Source: an uncultured Clostridia bacterium | Lineage (GTDB): Bacteria; Bacillota; Clostridia; Christensenellales; UBA1242 | Direction of reading: 5' to 3' | Assembly: GCA_947629145.1 (NCBI GenBank) | Contig: CANRCQ010000001.1 | Span: 1 to 59,875 of the forward strand | DNA: 59,875 nucleotides | Part shown: positions 28,793 to 38,918 of the stretch, in pieces | Position numbering within the stretch: position 1 is the first letter of the stretch | How the letters are laid out: each line of letters opens with the position of its first letter | The notes under the pieces: model-generated | What the model was told of the DNA's origin: nothing | Seen by the model: the letters and a program-made list of their open reading frames with translations, nothing else | Databases searched by the model: none | Translations under genes and position numbers: made by a program

Positions 28793-28966
28793 ATGATACA
28801 GAATTTTATACCAAAAGAATTAGAAAAATATGTTTATTTCAGTGGACCTGGTGAACTTGCACATACAAATGATATGCCTAAAAACTTAAATAAACTTTTT
28901 GAAGAAACTAAAACAAAGGCAAAAGAAATAGAAAAAAGTAGAAAGCAAACAATAGATAAATTTTAA
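28793..28966 (+). CDS. orphan small protein, 57 aa (below the ORF-track cutoff)
   Basis: AGGAG (28781-28785) lies 7 nt before the ATG. Translation: MIQNFIPKELEKYVYFSGPGELAHTNDMPKNLNKLFEETKTKAKEIEKSRKQTIDKF. The surrounding DNA is very AT-rich. Confidence 0.45.
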   Translation: MIQNFIPKELEKYVYFSGPGELAHTNDMPKNLNKLFEETKTKAKEIEKSRKQTIDKF

Positions 28967-28985
28967 TAAAATTTTTTTGTTTTTT

Positions 28986-30107
<1,122 letters not shown>

Positions 30108-30404
30108 TTATGGCAATTCGATATGTTTAAAATTTTTTCTTGTTGAGCTTTTATATAAAATAAGATTGTTGCCAATCACTTGCACAACATCGGCATTAAG
30201 TTTTGATGAAAGTTCATCGGCAATCTCGCGAGAAGTTAAGTCAATGTTTTTCAACACCTTAATCTTCACAAGTTCGCGTGCTTCCAAAAGCAAGTTTACA
30301 CTTGTCACAACATTTTCAGTTAAACCTTCTTTTCCAATCTGCATAACAGGGTCAAGTGCGTTGCCAAGTCCCCTTAAAAAAGCCCTTTGTTTTGTTGTTA
30401 TCAT
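30108..30404 (-). CDS. yhbY: YhbY-family (CRM domain) RNA-binding protein
   Basis: LTTKQRAFLRGLGNALDPVMQIGKEGLTENV. ATG 30404 lies 5 nt after GGAG (the ORF-track GTG at 30410 is part of the RBS). Confidence 0.85.
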   Translation of the reverse strand: MITTKQRAFLRGLGNALDPVMQIGKEGLTENVVTSVNLLLEARELVKIKVLKNIDLTSREIADELSSKLNADVVQVIGNNLILYKSSTRKNFKHIELP

Positions 30405-30420
30405 TTTCACTCCTTTTACA

Positions 30421-30467
30421 ATATATTGTGGTGTTATTCCATAGTTTAGGTTGCATAATACACAATA
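30421..30467. repeat. palindromic intergenic element, copy 5 (degenerate left arm)
   Basis: ATATATTGTGGTGTTAT...TTGCATAATACACAAT. The exact right-arm 12-mer is at 30452-30463. It lies between obg and yhbY. Confidence 0.7.
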
Positions 30468-30472
30468 CGTTG

Positions 30473-31744
30473 TTATTCTATATATTCAAAAGTTATATCT
30501 TTGATAGTCACACTGTCGCCTTCTTTAAGCCCCTTTTCTTTTAACATATCTATTATGCCCATTTCTTTTAAACGTGTTTGAAAATATGCAAAAGAAAGTT
30601 GGTCTGTAAGCACAACTCCGCGGATAAGGCTGTCTATTCTTCCACCAGAAACAACAAATCCGCCATCATCAGTGCGAGTAATTTTGATAGATGAATTGTC
30701 TTTCTTGTCAAAATCATCCTCTTCAACTGCAAGCGCTGGCTTCTTTGGAATTTTCTTTAAGTTTTCAAGAATTTTTTTCTTTAATTCTTCAATTCCAGTG
30801 CGTGAATAAGAAGAGATGCAGTAATATTCCTTTATTTTTGTTGCTTTCACAAAACTTTCGATTTTGCTTTTAAGTTCTTCTTCGCTTAATAAGTCGCATT
30901 TTGAAAAGACGATAATCTGTTTTGTTTTTGGAAGGTCAGCGCTGTATTTGGCAAGTTCTTGATTGATAATTTCATAGTCCTTTATTGCACTTCTCCCTTC
31001 GCTTTCACTTATATCAATAAGATGCACGATAAGTCGCACGCGTTCCACGTGTTTAAGAAAATAATGTCCAAGTCCAAGCCCTTCACTTGCGCCTTCAATC
31101 AGCCCTGGAATATCCGCTACAACAAATGTTTCTCCCAAAACTTCGCACACACCAAGATTTGGATAGATGGTTGTGAATGGATAATTTGCAATCTTTGGAT
31201 TTGCGTTTGAAATAACAGACAAAAGTGTTGATTTGCCGACATTTGGAAATCCAACAAGCCCAACATCCGCGATGGTTTTAAGTTCTAAGATAATCTCTTT
31301 TAAACTTGTCACTTCGCCAGTCTGTGAGAATGATGGAGCTTGTTTGATGGATGATTTGTAATATGCGTTTCCATGTCCACCTGCTCCACCTTTTAGTGCA
31401 ATAAATTCCTGTCCATTTTCGTTTAGGTCCGCAACAATTTTGTTTGTCTGTGGGTTTATCAAGACAGTTCCAGTTGGCACTAAAATCAATTCAGTTTTGC
31501 CATTATGCCCAGTTTGATTTTTTTGATGTCCGTCTTCTCCATCCCCTGCAACAAACTTCTTTTTATAGCGAAACGGAAGAAGTGTGTTCATCTCGTCAGT
31601 GGCTTTGAATATCACATCTCCACCCTTGCCGCCATCTCCACCATCTGGCCCACCATTTGCAGTGAGTTTCGTGCGCAAAAAAGAAGTGGAACCCTTTCCA
31701 CCATTGCCAGCCTTAATAGAAATTTTGACTCTGTCTAAAAACAT
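30473..31744 (-). CDS. obg: GTPase Obg/CgtA
   Basis: MFLDRVKISIKAGNGGKG..., the G domain GFPNVGKST, and a C-terminal OCT domain. Confidence 0.95.
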   Translation of the reverse strand: MFLDRVKISIKAGNGGKGSTSFLRTKLTANGGPDGGDGGKGGDVIFKATDEMNTLLPFRYKKKFVAGDGEDGHQKNQTGHNGKTELILVPTGTVLINPQTNKIVADLNENGQEFIALKGGAGGHGNAYYKSSIKQAPSFSQTGEVTSLKEIILELKTIADVGLVGFPNVGKSTLLSVISNANPKIANYPFTTIYPNLGVCEVLGETFVVADIPGLIEGASEGLGLGHYFLKHVERVRLIVHLIDISESEGRSAIKDYEIINQELAKYSADLPKTKQIIVFSKCDLLSEEELKSKIESFVKATKIKEYYCISSYSRTGIEELKKKILENLKKIPKKPALAVEEDDFDKKDNSSIKITRTDDGGFVVSGGRIDSLIRGVVLTDQLSFAYFQTRLKEMGIIDMLKEKGLKEGDSVTIKDITFEYIE

Positions 31745-31754
31745 TTTTCTCCTT

Positions 31755-32372
31755 TTACACTCTCGAATGCGGACATTCTTTATTAAATAAACACTTTTCG
31801 CAATCTGGCTTTATTGCCTTGCAGATATATCTTCCAAAAAGCACCATTTGATAGTGAAGTTTTGACCACTTGTTTTTTGGAAAGAACATACATAGTTTCT
31901 GTTCGCACTTGTTTGGGTCGTCAGTTTTGACAATTCCAAGCCTGTTTGAAACACGAAGAACATGGGTGTCAACAGCAAAATTATCTCCACCAAAAGCAAC
32001 TGCCATAACAACATTTGCTGTTTTTCTTCCAACCCCAGCAAGGGTGAGAAGTTGGTCAAAATCATTTGGCACTTTGCCATCAAAACGATTTACAATATCT
32101 TTGCTTGCTGAAATTATAGACTTTGCTTTGTTGTGATAAAAGCCACATGAATGGATTTTCTCTTCCAAAAGTCCCTGCGGCATATTTGCAAAATCTTCTG
32201 GCTTATTGAAGTTTTTAAATAACTCTTTTGTGACCAAGTTAACGCGTTTGTCAGTGCATTGTGCGGACAAAATAACTGCCACTAAAAGTTCAAACGGCGT
32301 TTTATGTTCAAGTTCACATTTTGGATTTTCAATCATCAAATCCAAAGAGTTCATAATTTGCAGTGCGTCCAT
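31755..32372 (-). CDS. nth: endonuclease III
   Basis: HhH-GPD (LPGVGRKTANVV-like: LAGVGRKTANVV) and a C-terminal 4Fe-4S Cys cluster C..C..C. Confidence 0.9.
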   Translation of the reverse strand: MDALQIMNSLDLMIENPKCELEHKTPFELLVAVILSAQCTDKRVNLVTKELFKNFNKPEDFANMPQGLLEEKIHSCGFYHNKAKSIISASKDIVNRFDGKVPNDFDQLLTLAGVGRKTANVVMAVAFGGDNFAVDTHVLRVSNRLGIVKTDDPNKCEQKLCMFFPKNKWSKLHYQMVLFGRYICKAIKPDCEKCLFNKECPHSRV

Positions 32373-32381
32373 ATTTTTTCC

Positions 32382-33836
32382 TTATTTCATAAGTGGGAAA
32401 AGCACAACATCGCGAATATTTGCACAGTCAAAAGCAAACTGCAAAAATCTGTCAATTCCAAATCCAAGCCCAGAAATAGGTGGCATTCCATGTTCCATAG
32501 AAAGCAAGAAATCTTCGTCAACATCCATTGTTTCGTCATCCCCAGCAGCCTTCTCTTTAAGTTGGTCTTCAAGGGTTTTGCGTTGAATAATTGGGTCAAC
32601 AAGTTCGCTGTAAGCATTGACAAGTTCTTGTCCACCAGCGACAATTTGGAAGACATCAACAATTCTCTCGTCTTTGTCGTTTCGTCTTGCAAGTGGCTTT
32701 AAAGATGCTGGATAGTTGTAAAGAATGGTTGGATTTACAATTCCAGCACGAATTTTGCGCTTGTAGATATAGTCGATAAGTGTGCGCACACTCTTGCATT
32801 CGTCAAGTTCTCCATAAGAGAAGAGTTTTTTGTCAACAACAATCTTTTTAAGTTCGTCTAAATCTTCAATATCAAGAAAATCACAGCCCAAAAGTTCTCT
32901 CATTTTTGCGACATAGTCAATTCGTGGCCATTCCGCAGAAAAATCAATCTCTTGCCCCTGATAATTGACAACAGTTGTTCCAAAACATTCCTTTAAAAGA
33001 TTTGTAAGCATTTTTTTGAAAAATTCGATGTTATCTTCAAAATTCCAATAGGAAGCATACCACTCAACCTGAGTAAATTCTTGAAGATGCGCTGGGTCCA
33101 TGCCTTCGTTTCTAAAATCCTTTCCAAGTTCAAAAACGCGGTCAATTCCTGCGGCAATGCACTGCTTTAATGCACATTCAAATGCAATTCTAAGATTGCA
33201 CTGCAAATCCAAGGCATTGTGATGTGTGAAAAATGGCTTTGCACTTGCGCCGGAAACACTTGTCTGTAAAATAGGTGTTTCAACTTCGATAAAGCCGTTA
33301 TCTTCCAAAAATCTTCTAATAAAAGATGTAACTTTGCTTCGAGTCAAGAAAATTTTGCGGCTCTCTTCGTTTGAAATAAGGTCAAGATAGCGCTGTCTGT
33401 ATTTGATTTCTGTGTCCACAACCCCATGGAACTTCTCTGGAAGTGGACGAAGAGTTTTTGAAAGCAAGGTTATTTTTTCTGCCTTAACTGTGATTTCGCC
33501 AGTTTGAGTGGCATACACTTCACCTTCCACACCGATAAAATCGCCGATGTCAATCATTTTTTTATAAAAGTTGTAATCTTCTTCACTGAACTCGTTTCTT
33601 CCAACAGAAATTTGAATTTTGTCATAAATATCTCTTATTTGGCAAAATCCAAATTTTCCCATAATTCTGCGAAAAACAATACGCCCAGCGATTTTCACGC
33701 GCTGACCAAGTTTTTCCCTTGCTTCATGAATGGTGCAAGTTCTGTCGAACTTATCTTTATAAGGGATTTCCCCCATTTTCTTCAATTCATCAATTTTTTG
33801 ACGTCTAACATCAATTTCGTTGCTCAATTCTTCCAT
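32382..33836 (-). CDS. lysS: lysine--tRNA ligase (class II)
   Basis: N-terminal OB anticodon-binding domain and class II motifs, 484 aa. Confidence 0.95.
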   Translation of the reverse strand: MEELSNEIDVRRQKIDELKKMGEIPYKDKFDRTCTIHEAREKLGQRVKIAGRIVFRRIMGKFGFCQIRDIYDKIQISVGRNEFSEEDYNFYKKMIDIGDFIGVEGEVYATQTGEITVKAEKITLLSKTLRPLPEKFHGVVDTEIKYRQRYLDLISNEESRKIFLTRSKVTSFIRRFLEDNGFIEVETPILQTSVSGASAKPFFTHHNALDLQCNLRIAFECALKQCIAAGIDRVFELGKDFRNEGMDPAHLQEFTQVEWYASYWNFEDNIEFFKKMLTNLLKECFGTTVVNYQGQEIDFSAEWPRIDYVAKMRELLGCDFLDIEDLDELKKIVVDKKLFSYGELDECKSVRTLIDYIYKRKIRAGIVNPTILYNYPASLKPLARRNDKDERIVDVFQIVAGGQELVNAYSELVDPIIQRKTLEDQLKEKAAGDDETMDVDEDFLLSMEHGMPPISGLGFGIDRFLQFAFDCANIRDVVLFPLMK

Positions 33837-33987
33837 AGCAGCCTCCGCATAATTTTATTTACTCTTTAATATAACATATAAAAGGGGTTCAAGTCAAACA
33901 AAAAAATTATTTTCTTTTTTTATTTGGAAATTATCAATCATATATGTTATGATATAAAAAGAAGATTGTATCTTCAAAGGAGTATTT

Positions 33988-34830
33988 ATGATTAAAATTA
34001 TCACAGACAGCACCGCTTACACACCACGCGAATACGCACAAGAACATGACATAACAATAATTCCACTTCACTATTTATACAGAAATCAAGAGTTTGTGGA
34101 AGGAATGCCTGGTGAATTTGAGCAGTTTTTCAAAGATTTCACAGAAACAAAACTTTTTCCAAAGACAAGCCAACCTTCTGTGGAACTTTTTCTTGACGAA
34201 TATAACAAAGCCATCGACAAGGGCGATGAAGTTTTAGTTTTCACCATTTCAAGCACAGTTTCTGGTTGCAACAATGCCGCCAACCTTGCAAAAAATCAGT
34301 GCAAAGCCCCTGAAAAAGTGACTGTTTTTGACAGTATGGCGCTTGCACAGACCATCCTTGGCTATATCATGGAAGCAGTTGAAATGCGTGATGCTGGCAA
34401 AAGTGTAAGTGAGATTGTGGAGCGCCTTACAATGCTGAGAGAAAACAGCATAATCACCTTTGTTCCAGACACTTTGGAATACATCTACAAAGGCGGAAGA
34501 ATTGGCAGAGTCACCGCAACCCTTGGCACGATTTTAAAGATTAAGCCTATTATCATCTTTAAAAAAGGCATTCTTTCAAATAAAAACAGTTTTGGGCTTC
34601 AAAAGGCAATTAAAGATATGATTGCATCCATCCCACAGAAACTGAAACGCCTTTTCATTTTGCACATTGCAAACACCAAATTGTATGAAACTTTCAAACA
34701 ACAAGTTATGGATTTCATCAAAAAACGCCCTGATTTTGGGAAGTTTGACATATTTGAAGGCGAAGTTGGTCCAGTTGTGGCAACCCACGCAGGGCCTGCC
34801 GTTGGCTTAGCATGGACAGCCGAGGTGTGA
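33988..34830 (+). CDS. DegV-family fatty-acid-binding protein
   Basis: MIKIITDSTAY....TSQPS... is DegV-like, 280 aa. Confidence 0.85.
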   Translation: MIKIITDSTAYTPREYAQEHDITIIPLHYLYRNQEFVEGMPGEFEQFFKDFTETKLFPKTSQPSVELFLDEYNKAIDKGDEVLVFTISSTVSGCNNAANLAKNQCKAPEKVTVFDSMALAQTILGYIMEAVEMRDAGKSVSEIVERLTMLRENSIITFVPDTLEYIYKGGRIGRVTATLGTILKIKPIIIFKKGILSNKNSFGLQKAIKDMIASIPQKLKRLFILHIANTKLYETFKQQVMDFIKKRPDFGKFDIFEGEVGPVVATHAGPAVGLAWTAEV

Positions 34831-34831
34831 T

Positions 34832-35545
34832 ATGAAAAAAACCGCACTCATAATTGGCGCTTCAAGTGACATTGGAAAAGAAATAACAAAAAAGCTGTCA
34901 AAAGACGGCTTTTCTTTGGCACTAACTTACAACACAAACAAAATAGATGAAAGCGAGTTTAGTGGCAGCAAGATTTACAAACTTGATACATTAAAGGATG
35001 ATTTATCAAAGTTTTTTGAAAAGGTTGAAAAAGAAAATCAATATGTTGACACACTTGTTTTTTGCAGCGGAGTTGCACAAAAACGCGCCCTTATCTTTGA
35101 TGTTCCAGACGAAGAAATAGACAAAATCATTCAAACAAACTTGATTGGCGCAATCAAATGTATCAAATACTTCACTAAAAACACATTAAACAAGCGCCCA
35201 GCAAACATTGTGCTTGTGGGTTCTTTTGTAGAGAAAAATGGATGTTCTTGTGAAAGTGTTTACACCGCATCTAAAAGCGGACTTAGTGGGCTTTGCCGCT
35301 CTCTTGCAACAGAACTTGGAAATCTTGATATGCGTATAAATATTGTTGCACCAGGGTTTATTGACACAAAAATGAACAACAATCTCACCCAAGAAGAGAA
35401 AGATGAGATTGCAAACATGACTCCACTTTCAAGGCTTGGAACGGCAAAAGATGTCGCCGATGCAGTGGCATTTCTTGTAAGTGACAAAGCATCTTACATA
35501 ACCGGACAAACACTCTTTATAGATGGCGGACTTATTTTGGAATAA
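34832..35545 (+). CDS. SDR-family oxidoreductase (FabG-like)
   Basis: ALIIGASSDIGKEI, Y..SK catalytic pair (YTASKSG) and NIVAPGFIDT. Confidence 0.8.
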   Translation: MKKTALIIGASSDIGKEITKKLSKDGFSLALTYNTNKIDESEFSGSKIYKLDTLKDDLSKFFEKVEKENQYVDTLVFCSGVAQKRALIFDVPDEEIDKIIQTNLIGAIKCIKYFTKNTLNKRPANIVLVGSFVEKNGCSCESVYTASKSGLSGLCRSLATELGNLDMRINIVAPGFIDTKMNNNLTQEEKDEIANMTPLSRLGTAKDVADAVAFLVSDKASYITGQTLFIDGGLILE

Positions 35546-35550
35546 TCAAT

Positions 35551-35585
35551 ATATGGTGTAGTATGCAATGCATAATACACCATAT
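35551..35585. repeat. palindromic intergenic element, copy 6
   Basis: ATATG-GTGTAGTATGCA-a-TGCATAATACAC-CATAT followed by TTTTT. It sits between the convergent SDR and trxB units. Confidence 0.85.
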
Positions 35586-35591
35586 TTTTCA

Positions 35592-35696
35592 TTATTCGCC
35601 TTTTCCAATCTCTTTTTTATAAAACATTTTCAAAAATGGAACACTCCATTTTGGTGCTTTTACACAAATGATTTTATACTTCTTTTCTTTTTCCAT
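35592..35696 (-). CDS. possible 34-aa peptide downstream of trxB (no SD)
   Basis: MEKEKKYKIICVKAPKWSVPFLKMFYKKEIGKGE lies between the trxB stop and the palindromic hairpin. No GGAG precedes it. Confidence 0.2.
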   Translation of the reverse strand: MEKEKKYKIICVKAPKWSVPFLKMFYKKEIGKGE

Positions 35697-35730
35697 AGCA
35701 TAGTCTATGAAAGGTTTTTCAAAAATGTTC

Positions 35731-36594
35731 CTAGCAAAGTTGCCCTGCTATTGCCCCATCACTGCACGCAGTGACAATCTGCCTGAGATTTTTCTTTCTA
35801 ATGTCCCCCACGGCAAAAACTCCATAGCGAGATGTTCTCATATTTTCGTCTGTTATGATAAACCCTTGTTCGTCCTTTTTAATATCAAAGATGTCCGTCT
35901 TTGCTTTTCTGCCAAGTGAAATAAACACTCCATCACATTCAAGTGTTTTTATTTTGCCATTTTGCGTGTATTCCACACCATCAACTTTTTCATTTCCACG
36001 CACTTTCACAAGTTTAGTTTGAGAATAAATTTTTATCTTTTTGTTGGTGTTGGCTTTGGCAAAAAGTTGTAAATCCCCTTCATCTAAAACAGTCACTTCG
36101 CTGCAAACTTCCGCCAAAACATTCGCTGCTTTAAGCCCAGAGCCATCTTTACTTATCACACAAACAGGCTTGTTTTTAAAGAAGTTGGCATCACAAACTG
36201 CACAGTAACTCACACCCTTTCCCAAAAAGTCATTTTCATTCACCCCTGCTTCAATATAACTCATTCCGCACGCGATAATCACGCTTTTCGCCACATAGGT
36301 GTCCTTTTTGCCAACAAGTGTTTTGTCAGGTTCGCCAAGTTTTGTGCTTGTGATTTCGTCATAAATCACTTCCACTCCAAGCGCATCAATCTGTTTAGAA
36401 AAAAGTTGCGCCAATGTTATGCCGTCAATCTCTGCCTGTGATGGAAAGTTGTGTATTTTTTGAAGTTCCAAAACTTCTCCGCCAAGCGAAAATTTTTCAA
36501 TTATTGCAACATTCTTGTTGCGGCGTTTGGCATAAACAGCGGCACTCATGCCACCAACACCACCGCCTATTATCACACAATCAAAAGTTTTCAT
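35731..36594 (-). CDS. trxB: thioredoxin-disulfide reductase-like flavoprotein
   Basis: CVIIGGGVGGMSAAVYA, redox motif CAVCDA, and AVGDIR; 287 aa. Confidence 0.85.
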   Translation of the reverse strand: MKTFDCVIIGGGVGGMSAAVYAKRRNKNVAIIEKFSLGGEVLELQKIHNFPSQAEIDGITLAQLFSKQIDALGVEVIYDEITSTKLGEPDKTLVGKKDTYVAKSVIIACGMSYIEAGVNENDFLGKGVSYCAVCDANFFKNKPVCVISKDGSGLKAANVLAEVCSEVTVLDEGDLQLFAKANTNKKIKIYSQTKLVKVRGNEKVDGVEYTQNGKIKTLECDGVFISLGRKAKTDIFDIKKDEQGFIITDENMRTSRYGVFAVGDIRKKNLRQIVTACSDGAIAGQLC

Positions 36595-36600
36595 GTTTTT

Positions 36601-36629
36601 ATTATATCAATCTTGCTTAAAAAACGCAA
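36601..36629 (-). promoter_or_regulatory. extended -10 promoter abutting the trxB start (leaderless candidate)
   Basis: On the minus strand: TTGCGT, 17 nt spacer, TGaTATAAT (-10 at 36606..36601), then 6 nt (aaaaac) and ATG 36594. No SD. Confidence 0.55.
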
Positions 36630-36631
36630 AC

Positions 36632-36654
36632 AAAAAAAGGGCAATTTTTGCCCC
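36632..36654 (-). terminator. intrinsic terminator after rplS
   Basis: On the minus strand: GGGCAA-aaa-TTGCCC followed by T7. Confidence 0.75.
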
Positions 36655-36662
36655 TTTTGTTT

Positions 36663-37013
36663 TTAGTTGTTGTCAGCCGCTTTAACTTTTGCAGCCTTGC
36701 CGGTGCGTGTTCTTACATAGTAAAGTTTTGCTCTCTTTGGTTTGCCTTTTCTTACAACTTCAATAGATGCAATCTTTGGTGAATGAAGTGGAAAAGTTTT
36801 TTCAACACCAACGCCATAAGAGATTTTTCTTACAGTGAAAGTTTCTCTAATTCCGCCATTCTTTCTTGCAATAACAACGCCTTCAAAAGCCTGAAGTCTT
36901 TCCTTGTCGCCTTCTTTAATCTTGACATTAACCCTAACGGTGTCGCCGATAGCGAATTCTGGAACGTTTTCCTTCATGCCTTCTCTTTCAAGTTGTTCAA
37001 TGATGTTTGCCAT
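36663..37013 (-). CDS. rplS: 50S ribosomal protein L19
   Basis: 116 aa, ...[35 protein letters not shown]... Confidence 0.95.
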   Translation of the reverse strand: MANIIEQLEREGMKENVPEFAIGDTVRVNVKIKEGDKERLQAFEGVVIARKNGGIRETFTVRKISYGVGVEKTFPLHSPKIASIEVVRKGKPKRAKLYYVRTRTGKAAKVKAADNN

Positions 37014-37122
37014 GACTTATCTCCTTTTTTCAGATTTTCGACATGATGCTCATAAAGCCAAATTGCCCAGCGGAACACCCGAAGTCTTTGTAAGTATAAC
37101 ATATCTTCAATATAAAATACAA
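37014..37122 (-). promoter_or_regulatory. rplS promoter plus a leader of about 70 nt (possible L19-leader-type element)
   Basis: On the minus strand: TTGTAT (37122..37117), 18 nt spacer, TGtTATACT. The leader is relatively GC-rich (cttcgggtgttccgctgggcaatttggc). I did not verify a structure. Confidence 0.3.
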
Positions 37123-37151
37123 GTGTTTTGATAAAATTTTCAAAAAAAATT

Positions 37152-37511
37152 TTAAAACGCATTTTCGATGTGATTGATTTTCTCGCCCACAATCTCTACA
37201 ACATCAAATCGGCAGTTTGCATTGTTTTGGTGCGTAAACATCAAATACATCTGCGCCGTGCCACGAATTTGATATTGTTTGTGTTCGTCAACTGCTTCGG
37301 CAGGCCTTCCAAATGCATAAGTTTCGCGGCTTTTAACTTCCACAAAAACAATGTAATCTTTGTCCTTTGCAATGATGTCAATCTCGCCTATTTGAGTTGT
37401 AAAATTTGTCTTTAAAATCTTGTAACCTTTGCCTTTAAGAAATTTCGCCGCAAGTATTTCGCCGCGTGTTCCTTTAATCTTATTTTCAACTTTTCTTAAA
37501 TCTTTCTCCAT
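37152..37511 (-). CDS. yraN: YraN-family (UPF0102) endonuclease-like protein
   Basis: GE..A..FL...GY.IL..N......GEIDIIA......VFVEVK. The start shares 1 nt with the rbgA stop. Confidence 0.85.
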   Translation of the reverse strand: MEKDLRKVENKIKGTRGEILAAKFLKGKGYKILKTNFTTQIGEIDIIAKDKDYIVFVEVKSRETYAFGRPAEAVDEHKQYQIRGTAQMYLMFTHQNNANCRFDVVEIVGEKINHIENAF

Positions 37512-38341
37512 CAGTCTAAGGTCATCCTTCCAAGCCTTCCTTTGCGGAAATCATCCACAACGGCATGGGCAGTGCGTTCTAAATCAACTTCGCCGCCACT
37601 TAAAACATACTTTCTTGCAAGAGCAATTTCTTCAAGTGTTTTCGCACCATTATATCGTTTTTCAAGTGCATTTGGATAGGTCTTTTCTATAAGTTTTAAA
37701 AGTTCGATTGCCAAATCAACAAAGTCCAAAATCTCATCTCGAACACTTCCCACAAAAGCAAGTTTTTTGGCAACATCCTGGTTTTCAATGTTTGGATAAA
37801 GTGTTCCCGGAGTGTCATAAATCTCAACCCCATCTCCAACAGAAAGCCACTGTCCGCGTTTTGTCACACCTGCCTTGTCGCCTGTGACCGTCTTTGCTTT
37901 TTTACAAAGATTGTTCACCAAAGTGCTTTTGCCACAATTTGGGATACCGACTACCATTGTGCGAATAGTTGCCTTTATGTTTTTTGCCTTATATTTTTCA
38001 ATCTTCTTTGAAGCAAGTTTTTTTATCTTGTTTAATATAAGGTCGCTCTTTCCAGAAAGAGTGCTGTTAAATAAAACATAATCGCAATTTTCCCCCACAA
38101 ACTGTGGCAAAAGCCCTTGAAGTTTGTTTGAGTCCGCCATGTCAATCTTGTTGAAAACATAAAGGACAGGCTTGTTTTCTGTCAACCTGTTAAGGCTGAG
38201 ATTGATTGAAGAAAGTGGAATGCGTGCGTCAAGAATATAAGTGACAACATCAACCTTTTTAAGATTTTCACCTATATCTTTAAGCGCTTTATGCATATGT
38301 CCAGGAAACCAGTTTATCTTCGTTGAATTTTGTTGATTCAC
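37511..38341 (-). CDS. rbgA: ribosome biogenesis GTPase A (YlqF/RbgA)
   Basis: WFPGHMHKA with circularly permuted G motifs (NKIDMAD ... GIPNCGKST). GTG start. Confidence 0.9.
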   Translation of the reverse strand: MNQQNSTKINWFPGHMHKALKDIGENLKKVDVVTYILDARIPLSSINLSLNRLTENKPVLYVFNKIDMADSNKLQGLLPQFVGENCDYVLFNSTLSGKSDLILNKIKKLASKKIEKYKAKNIKATIRTMVVGIPNCGKSTLVNNLCKKAKTVTGDKAGVTKRGQWLSVGDGVEIYDTPGTLYPNIENQDVAKKLAFVGSVRDEILDFVDLAIELLKLIEKTYPNALEKRYNGAKTLEEIALARKYVLSGGEVDLERTAHAVVDDFRKGRLGRMTLD

Positions 38342-38360
38342 AATTAAGAGCCTTCCTTTT

Positions 38361-38888
38361 TTATATCTTCTTTTTATAAAATAGTATCACATCTTTTATT
38401 TGCTTTTTGCGTTTATCTTCAACTGGTTCATACTCAATTAAAGTTTTAATATATTCTCTAAATCCCAAATGAAAATAAATTTCTATATTTCTAACCGCTT
38501 CTGGACCTACTCCAAGAGACAACTCTTTATAACCCTTTTGCTTTAAATCATTCTCAATAAATTTATATAATTTACCAAAATATCCTTGCCCTTCATATTC
38601 TTTATTAGTTCTAAAAGCTGCCAAATAAGCCATTTTGTCATTTAATAAATTCGATGGGTCACTTATATCTCCAATAAATGCAGAATTTTTTACATAAGCA
38701 GTAGCTTCACATATTATTTCATTATCTAAAAAACCCAAATATGATATAGTGCTATTTTCATCAAAATGTTTAAGAGCATTTTCCTTAAACTCAACCCATT
38801 TTTTGCTTTTTGGATGAATTTTAATCAAGTAATCCCATCTTTTTAACAACTCTTCTCTGGTGGCCACTTTACAGATAAAATGTTCCAT
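38361..38888 (-). CDS. GNAT-family N-acetyltransferase
   Basis: Acetyl-CoA motif EYEGQGYFGKL, 175 aa. It is visibly more AT-rich than its neighbours. ATG 38888 lies 6 nt after GGAG. Confidence 0.75.
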   Translation of the reverse strand: MEHFICKVATREELLKRWDYLIKIHPKSKKWVEFKENALKHFDENSTISYLGFLDNEIICEATAYVKNSAFIGDISDPSNLLNDKMAYLAAFRTNKEYEGQGYFGKLYKFIENDLKQKGYKELSLGVGPEAVRNIEIYFHLGFREYIKTLIEYEPVEDKRKKQIKDVILFYKKKI

Positions 38889-38918
38889 TTTCAACTCCTT
38901 GTCTTACTTTTATACAAG

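Noticed and set aside
33881-33897. A tRNA T-arm-like string GGGGTTCAAGTC.
   Set aside because: The flanks are AT-rich promoter sequence (the string overlaps the lysS -35 box). No acceptor or anticodon stems can be formed.
38361-38888. The GNAT gene as a TacT/AtaT-type toxin of a toxin-antitoxin pair.
   Set aside because: No small RHH or antitoxin ORF lies adjacent. The gene sits between trmD and rbgA with only 55-nt and 19-nt gaps.
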